This document shows, piece by piece, positions 28,264-40,300 of a DNA stretch of 64,000 bases. The stretch lies in assembly GCA_964016885.1 (NCBI GenBank), contig OZ024741.1:320230001-320294000 (forward strand), in the 5' to 3' direction. The notes under the pieces are model-generated. The model worked only from the letters and a program-made list of their open reading frames with translations. It was not told the origin of the DNA and did no database searches. This DNA comes from Eledone cirrhosa. Taxonomy: Eukaryota. The first letter of the stretch is position 1, and the number at the start of each line of letters is the position of its first letter. The position numbers and the translations under genes are program-made.

Positions 28264-29281
28264 GATACACACACATGTATATCTATCTATCTATATATCT
28301 ATATATATATATATATACATATATACATAAATATTCGCTCAATGATAATTGCCTGCAATGCTACAGGTTTGTATGGCAAGGGAATAAATTAAGTGCACTG
28401 GCTTTGAAGTAGAGATGAAAGTGTTATATGGACAAACTTTGGTTTGAAAGCTATTCTGAACTGTACGCAGCTGGTCTGTGCTTTATATTGTACAATATCA
28501 TTTCTGATTGTGCTAATATGAAACGCCAAGAAGACAACATAGATATGCCTGATGTTGAATACTAATTCATATTGGCTTTCAACTTTTAGTAACGTATTCA
28601 CATGTCTTCCACTTGGGGTTGTCTTATAAATTAAATATAACTTAATATACACTGGCCTGCCAAACACTAAAAACCACACCATCAAAGATGGAATCTTTAT
28701 TTCGCCCAACCTGCTTGAAATGAAAATCAATTCTCCTCCTAATTATATTTTAACCTCTTTGTAACACAAGAGCATGTTGCATTTGACCCTGTGTGCATAG
28801 TCTGGGAGAGAAAAGTGGTAATGATCAACACTAATGTTTGAGAATTAATTTGCACTCTCAGAACTGTTGTGGGTCTAAACGACAGCACTACCACATATAC
28901 ACTACGAAGTCCACCACCAACAGCAACGACAGCAACAACAACAACAACAACAGTAACAGTAAACAACTACAGCAATTTAATAGTGTGCCTCGTTGTGGTC
29001 GCTAGAATTCTTAAAACTACCAGCAAAATATCTCAAGTATAACAATATAAGGGAGGTTTTTCTGCCAGTAGAAATAATCGAGAATGCATAAATGTGGATG
29101 TAAATTTACAAATCTTTAATGTATAAACATGTAAACATGCCAAATGTACGTGTTTCACCGTAAAATGATTTTACAATGAAAAATGAAAAATGGAAAAATA
29201 AAAATAACATAAAACTAAAATATAAGGAAACAAAATTTATTTTCGCTCTTAACGTGGTGGAAACCTAAATGTATTCGCGAG

Positions 29282-29940
29282 TGAATAATAAAAACATTAT
29301 AATAATTGTTTCTACTTTTGGCACAAGGCCAGCAATTATACCAGTGCATTACTGGTACTTTATTTTATCGACCCCGTAAGGATGAAAGTCAAAGTCAACC
29401 TCGGCAAGATTTGAACTCAGAGCGTAAATGGCCGTAACTCCATGCTGCAAAGCATGGCGTCCGACCCTCTACCGATACTGCCAATGTTTGTTTACAAGTA
29501 AACAGCCTCATAAAACACCACGTGGTAGATGACAACGTCATGCTTTTGTTCCAGAATAGAATAAACAATCTTGACAAGGAGCAAGACACTCCGAAACAAT
29601 TCTCAACTGTCGATTGTTTTCTGACAGCAACCGCTGGAACAAAAGGATGGCGATATTATGTACCACATGGTGTTTTATGAGGCTGTTTACTTGTAAATAT
29701 ACCGAATATCAATAATATTTTGATATTATTATAATATTTGGCAGCATCGGTAGAGAGTTGGACGCCATGCTTTCTAGCATAGTTACTCCCGTTACGGTCT
29801 GAGTTCAAATCCCGTCGATGTTAACTTTGCCTTTCACCCTTACGAAATCGATAAAATAAAATACCAGTAATGTACTGGGATAATTGCTGGCCTTGTGCCA
29901 AAAGTAGAAACAATTATTATAATATTTTTATTATTCATTC
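29282..29940. mobile_element. Inverted-repeat HHR element with a SINE in each arm
   Basis: Inner arms 29491-29553 and 29634-29697. SINEs at 29300-29484 (minus) and 29738-29920 (plus). The inverted homology continues outside both SINE tails. Confidence 0.75.
29563..29619 (+). ncRNA. Compact type I hammerhead ribozyme, U3-A8 core, GUC cleavage after 29611
   Basis: aaacaatc-TTGACAA-ggag caagaca ctcc-GAAA-CAATT ctc AACTG-TC-gattgttt. Confidence 0.8.
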
Positions 29941-31499
29941 ATGAATAAAATATAAGGATTAGGAAAATATAAAGATTATGGAGATCATGAAATATGGATT
30001 TATATACGACATACAAGAGTAGTGACATATAAAAAAAAAACACCAAGCCGCATGCCGGATAACCGACTGTTTCACGGATTACCTACCGGATACCGATGTA
30101 TACCGGATTAGGCAAATGTCAGAAGATCCTCCCTCACCGCCGCATCAAGACTCTATATGTCACCAACCACAGTCATCCACAAGGTTTTGCTGACTGCGAG
30201 TAACCCACCATAAAAACAATTTGTTTTATATGTTTCATTATTCTTGTATGTATTACATTATATTCCATAATTCATAATTCATGATTTTCATAATCTTTAT
30301 ATTTTCCAAATCCTTATATTTCATTTCTAATTTTATGTTATTCTATTTTTTTTTAGTTTTCATACCTTATATTTAACATATTTCCTTAAAACCGACACCA
30401 ACCTGCCACCATTTACTCACCCATCATTCATAGTTTTTCACCATAACCATATAACAATAATAACATATAATCACATATAATCACATATATTTCACCACCC
30501 TTACATGTTACATTATATCCTATAACTTTATATTTCCTAATCCGTATAATTTTATATTTTCATAATCTTTATTTTATTTCATTATAGTATATTATACATT
30601 ATATTCTATCTTAATTTAATCTCAATCCCATTTTTCATTTTCTCATATTTTCCAAATCTTAATTTATATTACATATATTTTACAGATTTCCTCGAAACCA
30701 ACACCACCGCCGTCACCACCACTAACTCCTACCCTAGTCTCTATACACTCACTCCCCTATCAGAGTTATTTCCCTAGCAACCATTATATATACACTCTTA
30801 TATACACCATATCTTATAAGTTTACATTTCATAACGGTTTATAATCATAATCTTTAAATCTTATTTATTTTACTTTATTCTAATTCTCATCTTAATTTAA
30901 CATTTATTTTTCATAAAATCCTTCTCAATATAATTTTTCATACTTTATAACATATCCTTAATACTTCTACTACTGCCGCCACAGTACACAATATCTTAAT
31001 ACATATACTACCACCAAAACCCACTGAATCATTCCATTTTATTCTGCCAAATCCACCAATGTTTTCCGTTCCTTTCTTACCTCACCCCACTACGCATTTA
31101 CAATAACCATCACCATTTGCCAGAGTCTGTCCTCCATTAACTCTTCTGTCCTCCAATTCATCTTATCTTACTTTCTCTTCCGTGTTTCAGTAAAATATCT
31201 ATTCCAGCTGACCAACCTTTAAAAACTGTTCTTTGTTTTCCTCTTCATTCCCCCACAACATATCCATTATAACTTTCTTCTTAGAGTGGGGTAAATTATT
31301 CAATTTGCATAAATAAGAGTGGATCATTTTTCCTATGATATGCCTTCATCCTTTATAATGGGTCTGGGCTATGTGTTTACACTCGGATTCGATGTGAGCT
31401 ACAGTCCCCCCTCTCTCTCTCTCCCTCTCTCTCCCTCTCCTTCCACAGATCCTACAGAGCGGGCTAGCTTTCTCATTGTCGATATGATATTTCATCCAC

Positions 31500-31862
31500 T
31501 TCATTCTAATGGATTGCTCCTATGCAGCCACTAGCAATCCCTCAGTAGCTTTGTTAAGGTCCCCTTTCTTTAGCCAGTTCCATGTCAGCGGATCTCTGAA
31601 TTCTGTTTTCTTCAAGAAGATGCAATGAAGGGCTTTTACATTCAGGTTGTTCTTCCTCTTTGTTGTTACTTCTTCCTTGGACATCCTTCAAGGTAGCCTT
31701 AAGCATTGGGTCGCTGTTCTCAGACACATAATTGTGTAAACAGCTCATCTCGATCTAAACATAGTCCTCCACGCTAATGTGACTTCTTCCACCTTCAGAT
31801 CTCCTTAAGTACAATCTATCAACATCACACTTCTTATGAAACATACTGTAGCTAATCATTAA
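31500..31862 (-). mobile_element. Decayed R4/Dong-like RLE retrotransposon fragment
   Basis: Minus strand FHKKCDVDRLYLRRSEGGRSHISVED followed by WSWLKKGDLNKATEGLLVAA, typical post-RT motifs. Confidence 0.7.
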
Positions 31863-32202
31863 TAACCTGTGAGGTTACAATTTCTGTGATATTTAGAATA
31901 TTCTATGATTTGGGCTTACATTATTCATACATATATGTTTTTGCATGTCAGTTAGATTCAAACTTATAATGGTTGGCAATATATATCTATATCTATATAT
32001 TATTTGTTGAAATAATTAAATTAAATTACTTCAACAGTTAAACACACATAGGTATGATAAGGTTGTTACCAAAGAGCCAGCGGAATGACAAGTCGACCCG
32101 AAATATGAGTAATAGCTCTTGGGAATCCATGAACGACAACATACCTTTTTAACTTTGATTTTGAAAGTAGGCTTATAATTATTAATTTTCATTATACTTT
32201 CC

Positions 32203-32429
32203 TAGCTGTCTCGGTGGCCTAGTTGCTGGAATCATAGACGGTGGTGATCCTGGTCTGAAGTTCGATCCTCGTCGGGAGTAGGGTTCCCGCTAAACCTTTT
32301 CAGTTCTTTTTTTCTATAGGGTGTAAAATAAAAACAGAAAAAGACTACATATACCGCTCGACCAGGATTGAAACCAAGATCAGTATCGCTACCGTCTCTA
32401 GTACCTGCCGCTAGGCCACTGAGATAGCT
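32203..32429. repeat. Two inverted tRNA-like heads (32203-32275 plus; 32353-32429 minus)
   Basis: agctgtctcggtggcctag...gttcgatcc and a diverged reverse-complement copy, each with A/B-box-like motifs. Confidence 0.6.
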
Positions 32430-32524
32430 ACAGAAATCTACTGAAAATTCATACATATAAACCCACTCCCAAAATGTTATCATGTAATCCATATTTCATT
32501 TCTGTCACACCTCATTTCTCCCTA

Positions 32525-32812
32525 CCAATAAAACACACGTACATGTTGGTTTTCACTTCAATTTATTATAAATTTCTGGTTGGCTGGTTATTTCGATAAC
32601 CGGGTGGTTGTTTGAAGATGGTGTAAAGGAGGGACACAAAATAATAACCCTATCACTGACGAGGTCACGGAATATGTGACAAAAAGGCTTTGACAATATA
32701 TATACAGGTGCGTGTGTTTTTATTGGCAGCATGATCCTCCCAAAGTATAACAATATCTGTTTCAACACTCGTTTTCAGATAAGAAATCTTACAAAACAAA
32801 TTCAAAAACGAT
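32525..32812 (+). mobile_element. Family-B HHR repeat with a short inverted 5' arm; decayed HHR at 32652-32694
   Basis: tca-CTGACGA-g gtcac..gtgac-AAAA(G12A)-aggctt-tga; homologous to 53575-53825. Confidence 0.6.
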
Positions 32813-32815
32813 GTC

Positions 32816-32885
<70 letters not shown>

Positions 32886-32899
32886 TATATATATGTATA

Positions 32900-33042
<143 letters not shown>

Positions 33043-33653
33043 CAGACTTTTGTATTGAGGTGATTGTTTGGAAGTTTGCAGGTTGATAGCCATTATGTGT
33101 ATGAGTTGATGTACGTTTTTTTCTGTGAACGCGTGCCAGAATATCTTTACCATATCTATTCCCGTTGTGAATTTATAAAGAAATGATCGTTGTTTGGGCA
33201 GTAGTAGTGAAGTGGTAAATTGAGACTAATAATATACATTATTTCTTTCGTCCTATCTAATTCTGATTTTTATCATGATGGTAAGTTTTCATTTTTTGTT
33301 CCACCCACCATTTCCTAGAAATAAATGCGTCTAATTTATACGTGAAATAGATTCACTAAATCTAACAATTTTCTTTAGAAAGATTTAGTCAATTTGCAAC
33401 TGAACAGAAGTTAATATTTGTAATAGCCGTATTTCTTGCGTGATAAATTTGTACCTTTATACCTAAAGTGATAAATGACCAGATTTTCTAAGCTTCTATT
33501 AAAAACTGCAGTCGATTTCTCCGTCGATATAAAAGAGGAAAAATGTGTATATTGGCAATAGTAGAAGAGTCGATTCAGTCGACATTAATTCATTCCAAAG
33601 ATTACGTCAGCAACGACTGAAAAGATTGCAACAGCAGCAACAACAACAACAAT

Positions 33654-33699
<46 letters not shown>

Positions 33700-33730
33700 C
33701 AATAATAATATTAATATTAATAATAATAAT

Positions 33731-33900
33731 TTGTTTATTAGCTACACAGGGCTTACATGACGAAAAACATTACGTACGGCACAGACAGTACAGGACGGGA
33801 AATGTGTGGGCTTAAGCGTGTAAAATGTTAATATAACAAGATATAGAAAACAGATTCAAATAAAGTAAATACCCCAGTAGGAGGAACAGCCGAGGGTCAC
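33731..33900 (-). mobile_element. 3' end of a Tx1-like relative adjoining (AAT)n/(AAC)n
   Basis: tttattagctacacagggc and cgtgtaaaat...ccccagtagg resemble the Tx1 3' UTR starting at 34108. Confidence 0.45.
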
Positions 33901-33904
33901 ACAC

Positions 33905-34000
<96 letters not shown>

Positions 34001-34019
34001 GATATACATATAAATATAG

Positions 34020-34104
<85 letters not shown>

Positions 34105-34107
34105 CAT

Positions 34108-36884
34108 GTTTCTTTATTAGCCACAGGGGCACAAAAGAAGGGGACAAATACAAAGGGGGAAGTTTGCATACAATAGAAACGTGTAAAATATTATCACAAA
34201 TGCAATTTAAAAATTAATCGATTTTCCCCAATAGGGGGAGACATTACACATGGGTAACACATACCCCCGAAAAAAATGTGCAACCCTTCGCCTCAGGAGC
34301 ACAAAGAGCGGATACTCCCTTCTTCTCCTCCTTCTTTTCTTCTCTCATCTACAGGCTGATATAGAGAGAAGGCCCATTCAGTCGGGCTATTCTCGCCATT
34401 TTCACCCTCCTTTCATAAAACTTGCTGGGGTACAGCACCTCTCTCTCCATCCTGATTCTTCTTCCAAAGTGGTATTTGAAAAAAAGAATAAGTTGTTGGT
34501 CGGAGAGAAAGGTGTCTGACCTCAGCCCTTTCAACCTTGTCCACCATACAACCTCTTTCGCCATAGCTATCACACAAAGGAAAACCGCCTCTCCTTCGTT
34601 TTTGAAGGAGGGTGGCGGTTTGATCATGACAATGGACTCGGTGGTCAACCGGATTGGTCTCACCCGCGACAATAGTCGTTCTACATAGCCCCACAGGTCG
34701 GTAACGCTCGGGAAGTGTATGAATGCGTGCGCGACGGTTTCTTCGTCTCGCACGCACCTCGGACAAATCTTTTTCGAAGGGTCCCTGCCCGGGCGCCCAT
34801 GTCTGTAGAGCTTGTCTCGAACTGGTCGAGCTCCTCGGTAGCACTGCCAGGCCAGGGACTTTTGGAAGTTATCCATCGGTCCCGGGTGGAAGGTCCTACC
34901 GAACAGACTGGCCAGTTCGTCTTCTTCTATGCCCAGAGTTTCACCAAGCGCGTAGTCGCACTTGCTGCGGACCAACCCACTATAGAATGACGAAGTGGAG
35001 TCTTCACTGATCGCCGGGTCCGCCTGCCAGAGGGCTGTGAGCGCCTGAGCACATTCGATGTGCCAATCGCCCATTTTCCTCGGTCTTTGCTTGACCCAAA
35101 CACCTTGGCCGACATCTCGTTGCAGTTCTTCTCCACCTGGAGGTCCGGATCAAACCAGACCCCGAGCAGCTTTACTGGTCCTTCCGTCCAGCGTCCGACG
35201 ACGCCATCGGAAGGCATCGATCTGCCTCTCCACGATCCGACTTTCAAACCGATGGACTTGTCCCGGTTCAGCTTCTCTCCTGTGAACCTTTCGTATTCCT
35301 TCAGTAAGGTGCCGACTTCCTCGATTTACGAGGCGCTCGACACCATTACTGTCACGTCGTCGGCGTAGGCCGACGCCGCCTTCCCCAGTCCCGGTTCCAG
35401 AGGGATGCCCTGCAATAGCTCCAACTTCCGCAGTAGTGGCTCGAGAGTCAATACGTACAGAAGGGAGGATAGAGTGCATCCCTGTCGAATGGATTGCGTG
35501 ATATGGAACAGCTCCGAGAGGTAGCCGTTCACCTTAACCCTTGAGCAGATGTTGCTGTTATACATTGCAGCAATCCAGCCCCTGAACACGGGTCCGAAGC
35601 CTGCCGCCTCGAGCCCCGCATCCAGGTAACGATGGTCAACCCTATCGAAAGCCTTAGACTGATCCAAGTTGATCAGTGCCCCACCGAAGCCGGGTTTACA
35701 CCCTACCCTCTCTATGATGTAACGCATGAGGTGGAGGATGTCGTGTATGGACCTGGTCGGGATTGCGCATGTCTGCGCTTCTCCCACCAGGTTCTCGACG
35801 ACAAGCGCCAGCCTCTTTGCCAATACCTTGGACAAAATCTGTAACTCTGTGTTAAGTCGAGTTATGGGCCGGAAGTTGCCTATGTCATCCCCCTTATTCT
35901 CGTCCTTCCTGACTAGTGTGACTACGCCCCCGGTCACAGAACTGGGAATTCTCCCGTTCTGTTGCCAGTTGCAGTAGACCGCTTCCAGGAAACCGGAGAA
36001 TAAGGCCGGCATTGCTACGTAAAATTCGTAGGGTAGACCGTCGAGACCTGGAGATTTGCGTTTGCCGCATTGGCTCAGCGCGTCCCCTATCTCAGCGGCT
36101 GAAATCGGCTTTTCGCAGAACTTTGCCTCGCTGTCCGAGAGTCGCGGTAGGCCGTCGAGGTATGGACCGAAATCCATAGCCCCCCCCCCCGGCGCGCCGC
36201 CCAGCCCGAACAGCTGAGCAAAGTGCCGCTGAAAGGCCGCACACATCTGCTTCGGCTCACGTATCACGCGTCCGTTTTGGTCCTTCTAAGACCGAATCGT
36301 GGACTTGTTGCCACTTTTTGCCTCCGTCACTCTGGCCCAGCTAACAGCTTTGGCTCCCTCGTTTCCCAGAGCACGTATTTTACTTCTGACAACGCAGCCC
36401 TCATGCTTTGCGTCGAAGAACTGGTCCAAGGCCGTTCTCGTTGCTAGCACGCTGGCTACGTTGCCACTTCTAATTGCCTCTTCTACTTTATCTACCAGTT
36501 CTTTCTCGGTTCTATTTCTATCTAACGCTAATTCTTTACTAAAAACTAACGAGGCTAATCTAACTGACCTCTTGAGAGAGTACCACCATCTGTTGTTGAC
36601 AATGGCCCCTGTCAAGTGTTGTTTAGCTAAAGTGCTAATCCGTCTACTGTAGGCTTTGCATGTCGGTAACGACAAGTTCAGCTTCCAGTAGCCGGGTCCT
36701 TGTCTATGGGTTCTATCAAGGTTGACCATGCAGGTCACTAGTTTGTGATCTGAATAGGCAACCATGAACATTTGTGGACAGCTTAACATGTCCCTATCCT
36801 TATTTCTAACTAGAACCCTATCTAGGTACGATCTAGATGTTCCGCTACGATTAGTCCACGTCCACATTGGCACAGTCGGAAAAT
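34108..36884 (-). mobile_element. Tx1-clade copy 1, 5'-truncated and internally deleted
   Basis: APE C-terminus (SYLDRVLV, SDHKLV), RT (DQSKAFDRV, RQGCTLS, AYADD), CPRC...H remnant; deletion near 35098 relative to copy 7. Confidence 0.93.
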
Positions 36885-36896
36885 ATAGATAGATAT

Positions 36897-37170
36897 GTTT
36901 CTTTATTAGCCACAGGGGCACAAAAGAAGTGACAAATACAAAGGGGGAAGTTTACATACAATAAAAACGTGTAAAATATTATCACAAATGCAATTGAAAA
37001 GTTAATCAATTTTCCCCAATAGGGGGAGACATTTCATATGGATAACACATAACCCCCCCAAAAATGAGCAACCCTCATCTCCAGGAGTACGAAGAGTGAG
37101 TACCCCTTTCCTCTCTTCCTCTTTCCCTCAACCTACAGGCTGATATACAGAGAAGGCCCATCCACTCGGG
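36897..37170 (-). mobile_element. Tx1-clade copy 2 (3' ~275 bp)
   Basis: 3' UTR and ORF2 stop match copy 1; GATA repeats on both sides. Confidence 0.9.
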
Positions 37171-37193
37171 ATAGATAGATAGATAGATAGATA

Positions 37194-37269
37194 TGTATCT
37201 TTATTATCCATAGGGGCACAAAAGAAGGGGACAAATACAAAGGGAGAAGTTTACATACAATAAAAACGT
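37194..37269 (-). mobile_element. Tx1-clade copy 3 (3' ~75 bp)
   Basis: Terminal 3' UTR motif between GATA tracts. Confidence 0.85.
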
Positions 37270-37284
37270 AGATATAGATAGATT

Positions 37285-37334
<50 letters not shown>

Positions 37335-37335
<1 letters not shown>

Positions 37336-40300
37336 TTCTTTATTTACCATAAAGGCATAAAAAGAAGGGACAAAGCAAAGGGGGAGTTTACATAAAACCG
37401 AGTAAAAAGGGTATAAAATGAAAATAATCAAAAACAACCTCAAAAGGGAGGGGACGTGATGGGGGTTGCACCCCCCCCCCGAAAAGTGTGCAATCCTTTG
37501 CCCGGGGAGCACATGGAGAAGTTGCTTCCCTCTCCTTCATTTCTTTACCTACAGGATGGTATACAGAGAAGGCCCATTTACACGAGCCATTCTCGCCACT
37601 ATCACCCACCTTTCATAAAACTGCCTGTGGCCAAGCACCTCTCTCTCCATTCTTATCCTTCTTCCGAAGTGATATCGGAAGAAGTAGACCAGACTTTGGC
37701 CAGAGAGGAAGTTGCCTGACCTCAGACCTTTCAATCGTGTCCACCAAACAACCTCTTTCAACATGGCTATTACGCACAGAAAAACCGCCTTTGTTTCCTT
37801 TGTGAAGAGGGGAGGCGGCTTGATTGTTATCACGGACTCGGCGGTCAATCGAATTGGCGCCACCCGCGACAGCAGTCGTTCGGCGTAGCCCCACAGATCA
37901 GCCACGCCCGGACAGTGCACCAATGCGTGCGCAACGGTTTCTTTGTGACGCACGCATCTAGGGCAAATCTTTTTCGAGGGATCCCTGCCCGGGCGCCCGT
38001 GTCTGTAGAGCTTTTCTCGAACGGGTAGAGCCCCCCGGTAGCACTGCCAGGCCAGTGACTTCTGGAAGTTGTCCATTGGTCCCGGGTCGAAAGTTCTACT
38101 GAACAGGCTAGCCAGTTCGTCCTCTTCCATGTCCAGCGACTCTCCAAGGGTGTCATCGCCCCTGCTAGCCACCAGCTCTCTATAGAATGACGAGGTAGAT
38201 TCTCCACCGATGGCCGGGTCCGCTTGCCAGAGAGCCCTGAGCGCCTGGGCACACTCAGTGTGCCAGTCGCCCAGTTTTCCGGATCTTTGCTTGACCCAGG
38301 ACTGCAGCTCAGTGAGCGAGACGAGTCTCGGAAAGGCTCGTCTCACGAACGGAGCCCACACCGGTTGACCAGTGAGGAATACCTGTAGGTGCCGTAGCCT
38401 TAATGCGTGCCTACGCATCATCAACCACGGCATCCCCAGCCCTCCTTTCGAAGGTTGTTGGCAGTAGATGGATCTTCTCACCATAGGAGAGCGCTTCTTC
38501 CAAAGAAATAGAAAGAGCATGCGTTCCATGGTGGTGAGTGTTTCCTTAGGGCAAGGCACGACAGTCAGGCGGTAGTAGGTGACGGACGCTATGTAAATGT
38601 TCGCCACCTCCGCCCGACCTTTCAGGGACAGCTTACACTTGGCCCATTTCTGGGTTAGTGCAAACACCTTGCTCGTAACCTCGCCCCAGTTCTTTTCCAC
38701 CTGGAGGTCCGGTCCAAACCAGACCCCAAGCAACTTCACCGGGCCCTCCGTCCAGTGTCCGACGACACCGTCGGGAGGCATCGGTCTGCCTCTCCACGTT
38801 CCGAGTTGCAGCCCGATGGATTTTTCCCGGTTCAGTTTCGCTCCTGACAACCTTTCGTACTCCTCCAGTAAGGTACCGATTGCCTCGATCTCCGAATCGG
38901 TCGATACCATTACTGTTACGTCATCGGCGTAGGCCGACACCGCTTTTCTCAATCCTGGTTCTAGGGGGATACCCTGCAACAACTCCAACTTCCTCAGTAA
39001 AGGCTCGAGAGTCAATACGTACAGAAGGGTGGAGAGAGGGCACCCCTGTCGAGTGGATCGTGCGATTTCGAACGGCTTCGAAAGGTAGCCGTTCACCTTG
39101 ATCCTAGAATAGATGTGGTTGCTAAGTAAGGCAGTGATCCAGCCTCTGAAAACAGGACCGAACCCAGCCGCAGCTAGCACCGCATCCAGGTAACCATGGT
39201 CGACCCTATCGAAGGCCTTAGACTGATCCAAGTTGATCAGGGCCCCACCGAAGCCGGGTTTGTTGCAACCCTCTCTATGATGTATCGCATGAGGTGGAGG
39301 TTGTCGTGAATGGACCTGGATGGGATAGCACATGTCTGCGCATCTCCCACCAGGCCACCCACGACAAGCGCCAACCTCTTTGCTAACACCTTGGCCAAAA
39401 TCTTTAACTCTGTGTTTAGCAGGGTTATGGGCCGAAAATTATTTATACTATCCCCCTTGTTCTCGTCCTTCCTCACCAGCGAGACCACGCCCTTGGCTAC
39501 AGAACAAGGAATTCTCCCGTTCTGCTGCCAATTGCAGTAGACTGCTTCGAGGAGTTCGGAGAAGAAGACCGGCATTGTTAAATAAAGTTCGTAAGATATA
39601 CCATCGAGACCTGGAGATTTGCGTCTGCTGCATTGGCTCAGCGCATCCCCGATCTCATCAGCCGAGATTGGTCCCTCGCAGGACTCTGCCTCTGCGCTCG
39701 AGAGACGCGGCAGGCCGCCGAGGTATGGACCGAAATCCACGTCCCCGCCCGGACCCTCGCCTCCTTCGAACAATCGGGCTAAGTGTCTTTGAAAGGCCTC
39801 GGACATCTGCTTAGGCTCCCGGATCACCCGTCCATCCTCGTCTTGCAAAGACCGGATGGTGGATCGATTTCCACTCTTAGCTTCTGTCACGCGGGCCCAG
39901 CCAACGGCTTTTGCCCCCTCATTACCTAGAGCACGTATTTTACTTCGAATGACGCAGCCTTCGTGCTTTGCATCGAAAAACTGGCTCAAGGCCGTCCTCG
40001 ATGCCAGCACTCTGGCCACATCTTCGCTCTTGATTGCCTCTTCTAATTTACCTGTTAATTATTTCTCGTTCCTATTCCTATCGGGAGCTAACATCTTCCT
40101 ATAACTTATTGATTCTGTTCTAATCTCTCTTTTGAGAGATGCCCACCATCGGTTGTTGACGATTGCACCCGTCAACCTCTCCTTAACTAATCTGCTAATC
40201 CGGTTTCTGTAAGTCTCTTTTGCCGGTAAAGACAAATTAAGTTTCCAGTAACTGGGACCTGTCTATGTGTTCTCTCGAGGTTGACTACGCAGGTCACTAA

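Noticed and set aside
28390-28830. Possible DNA-transposase remnant (IKDGIFISP); also hAT-like hints at 4730-5260 and TTAACCCTT at about 15689
   Set aside because: Motifs too short or decayed to support a call
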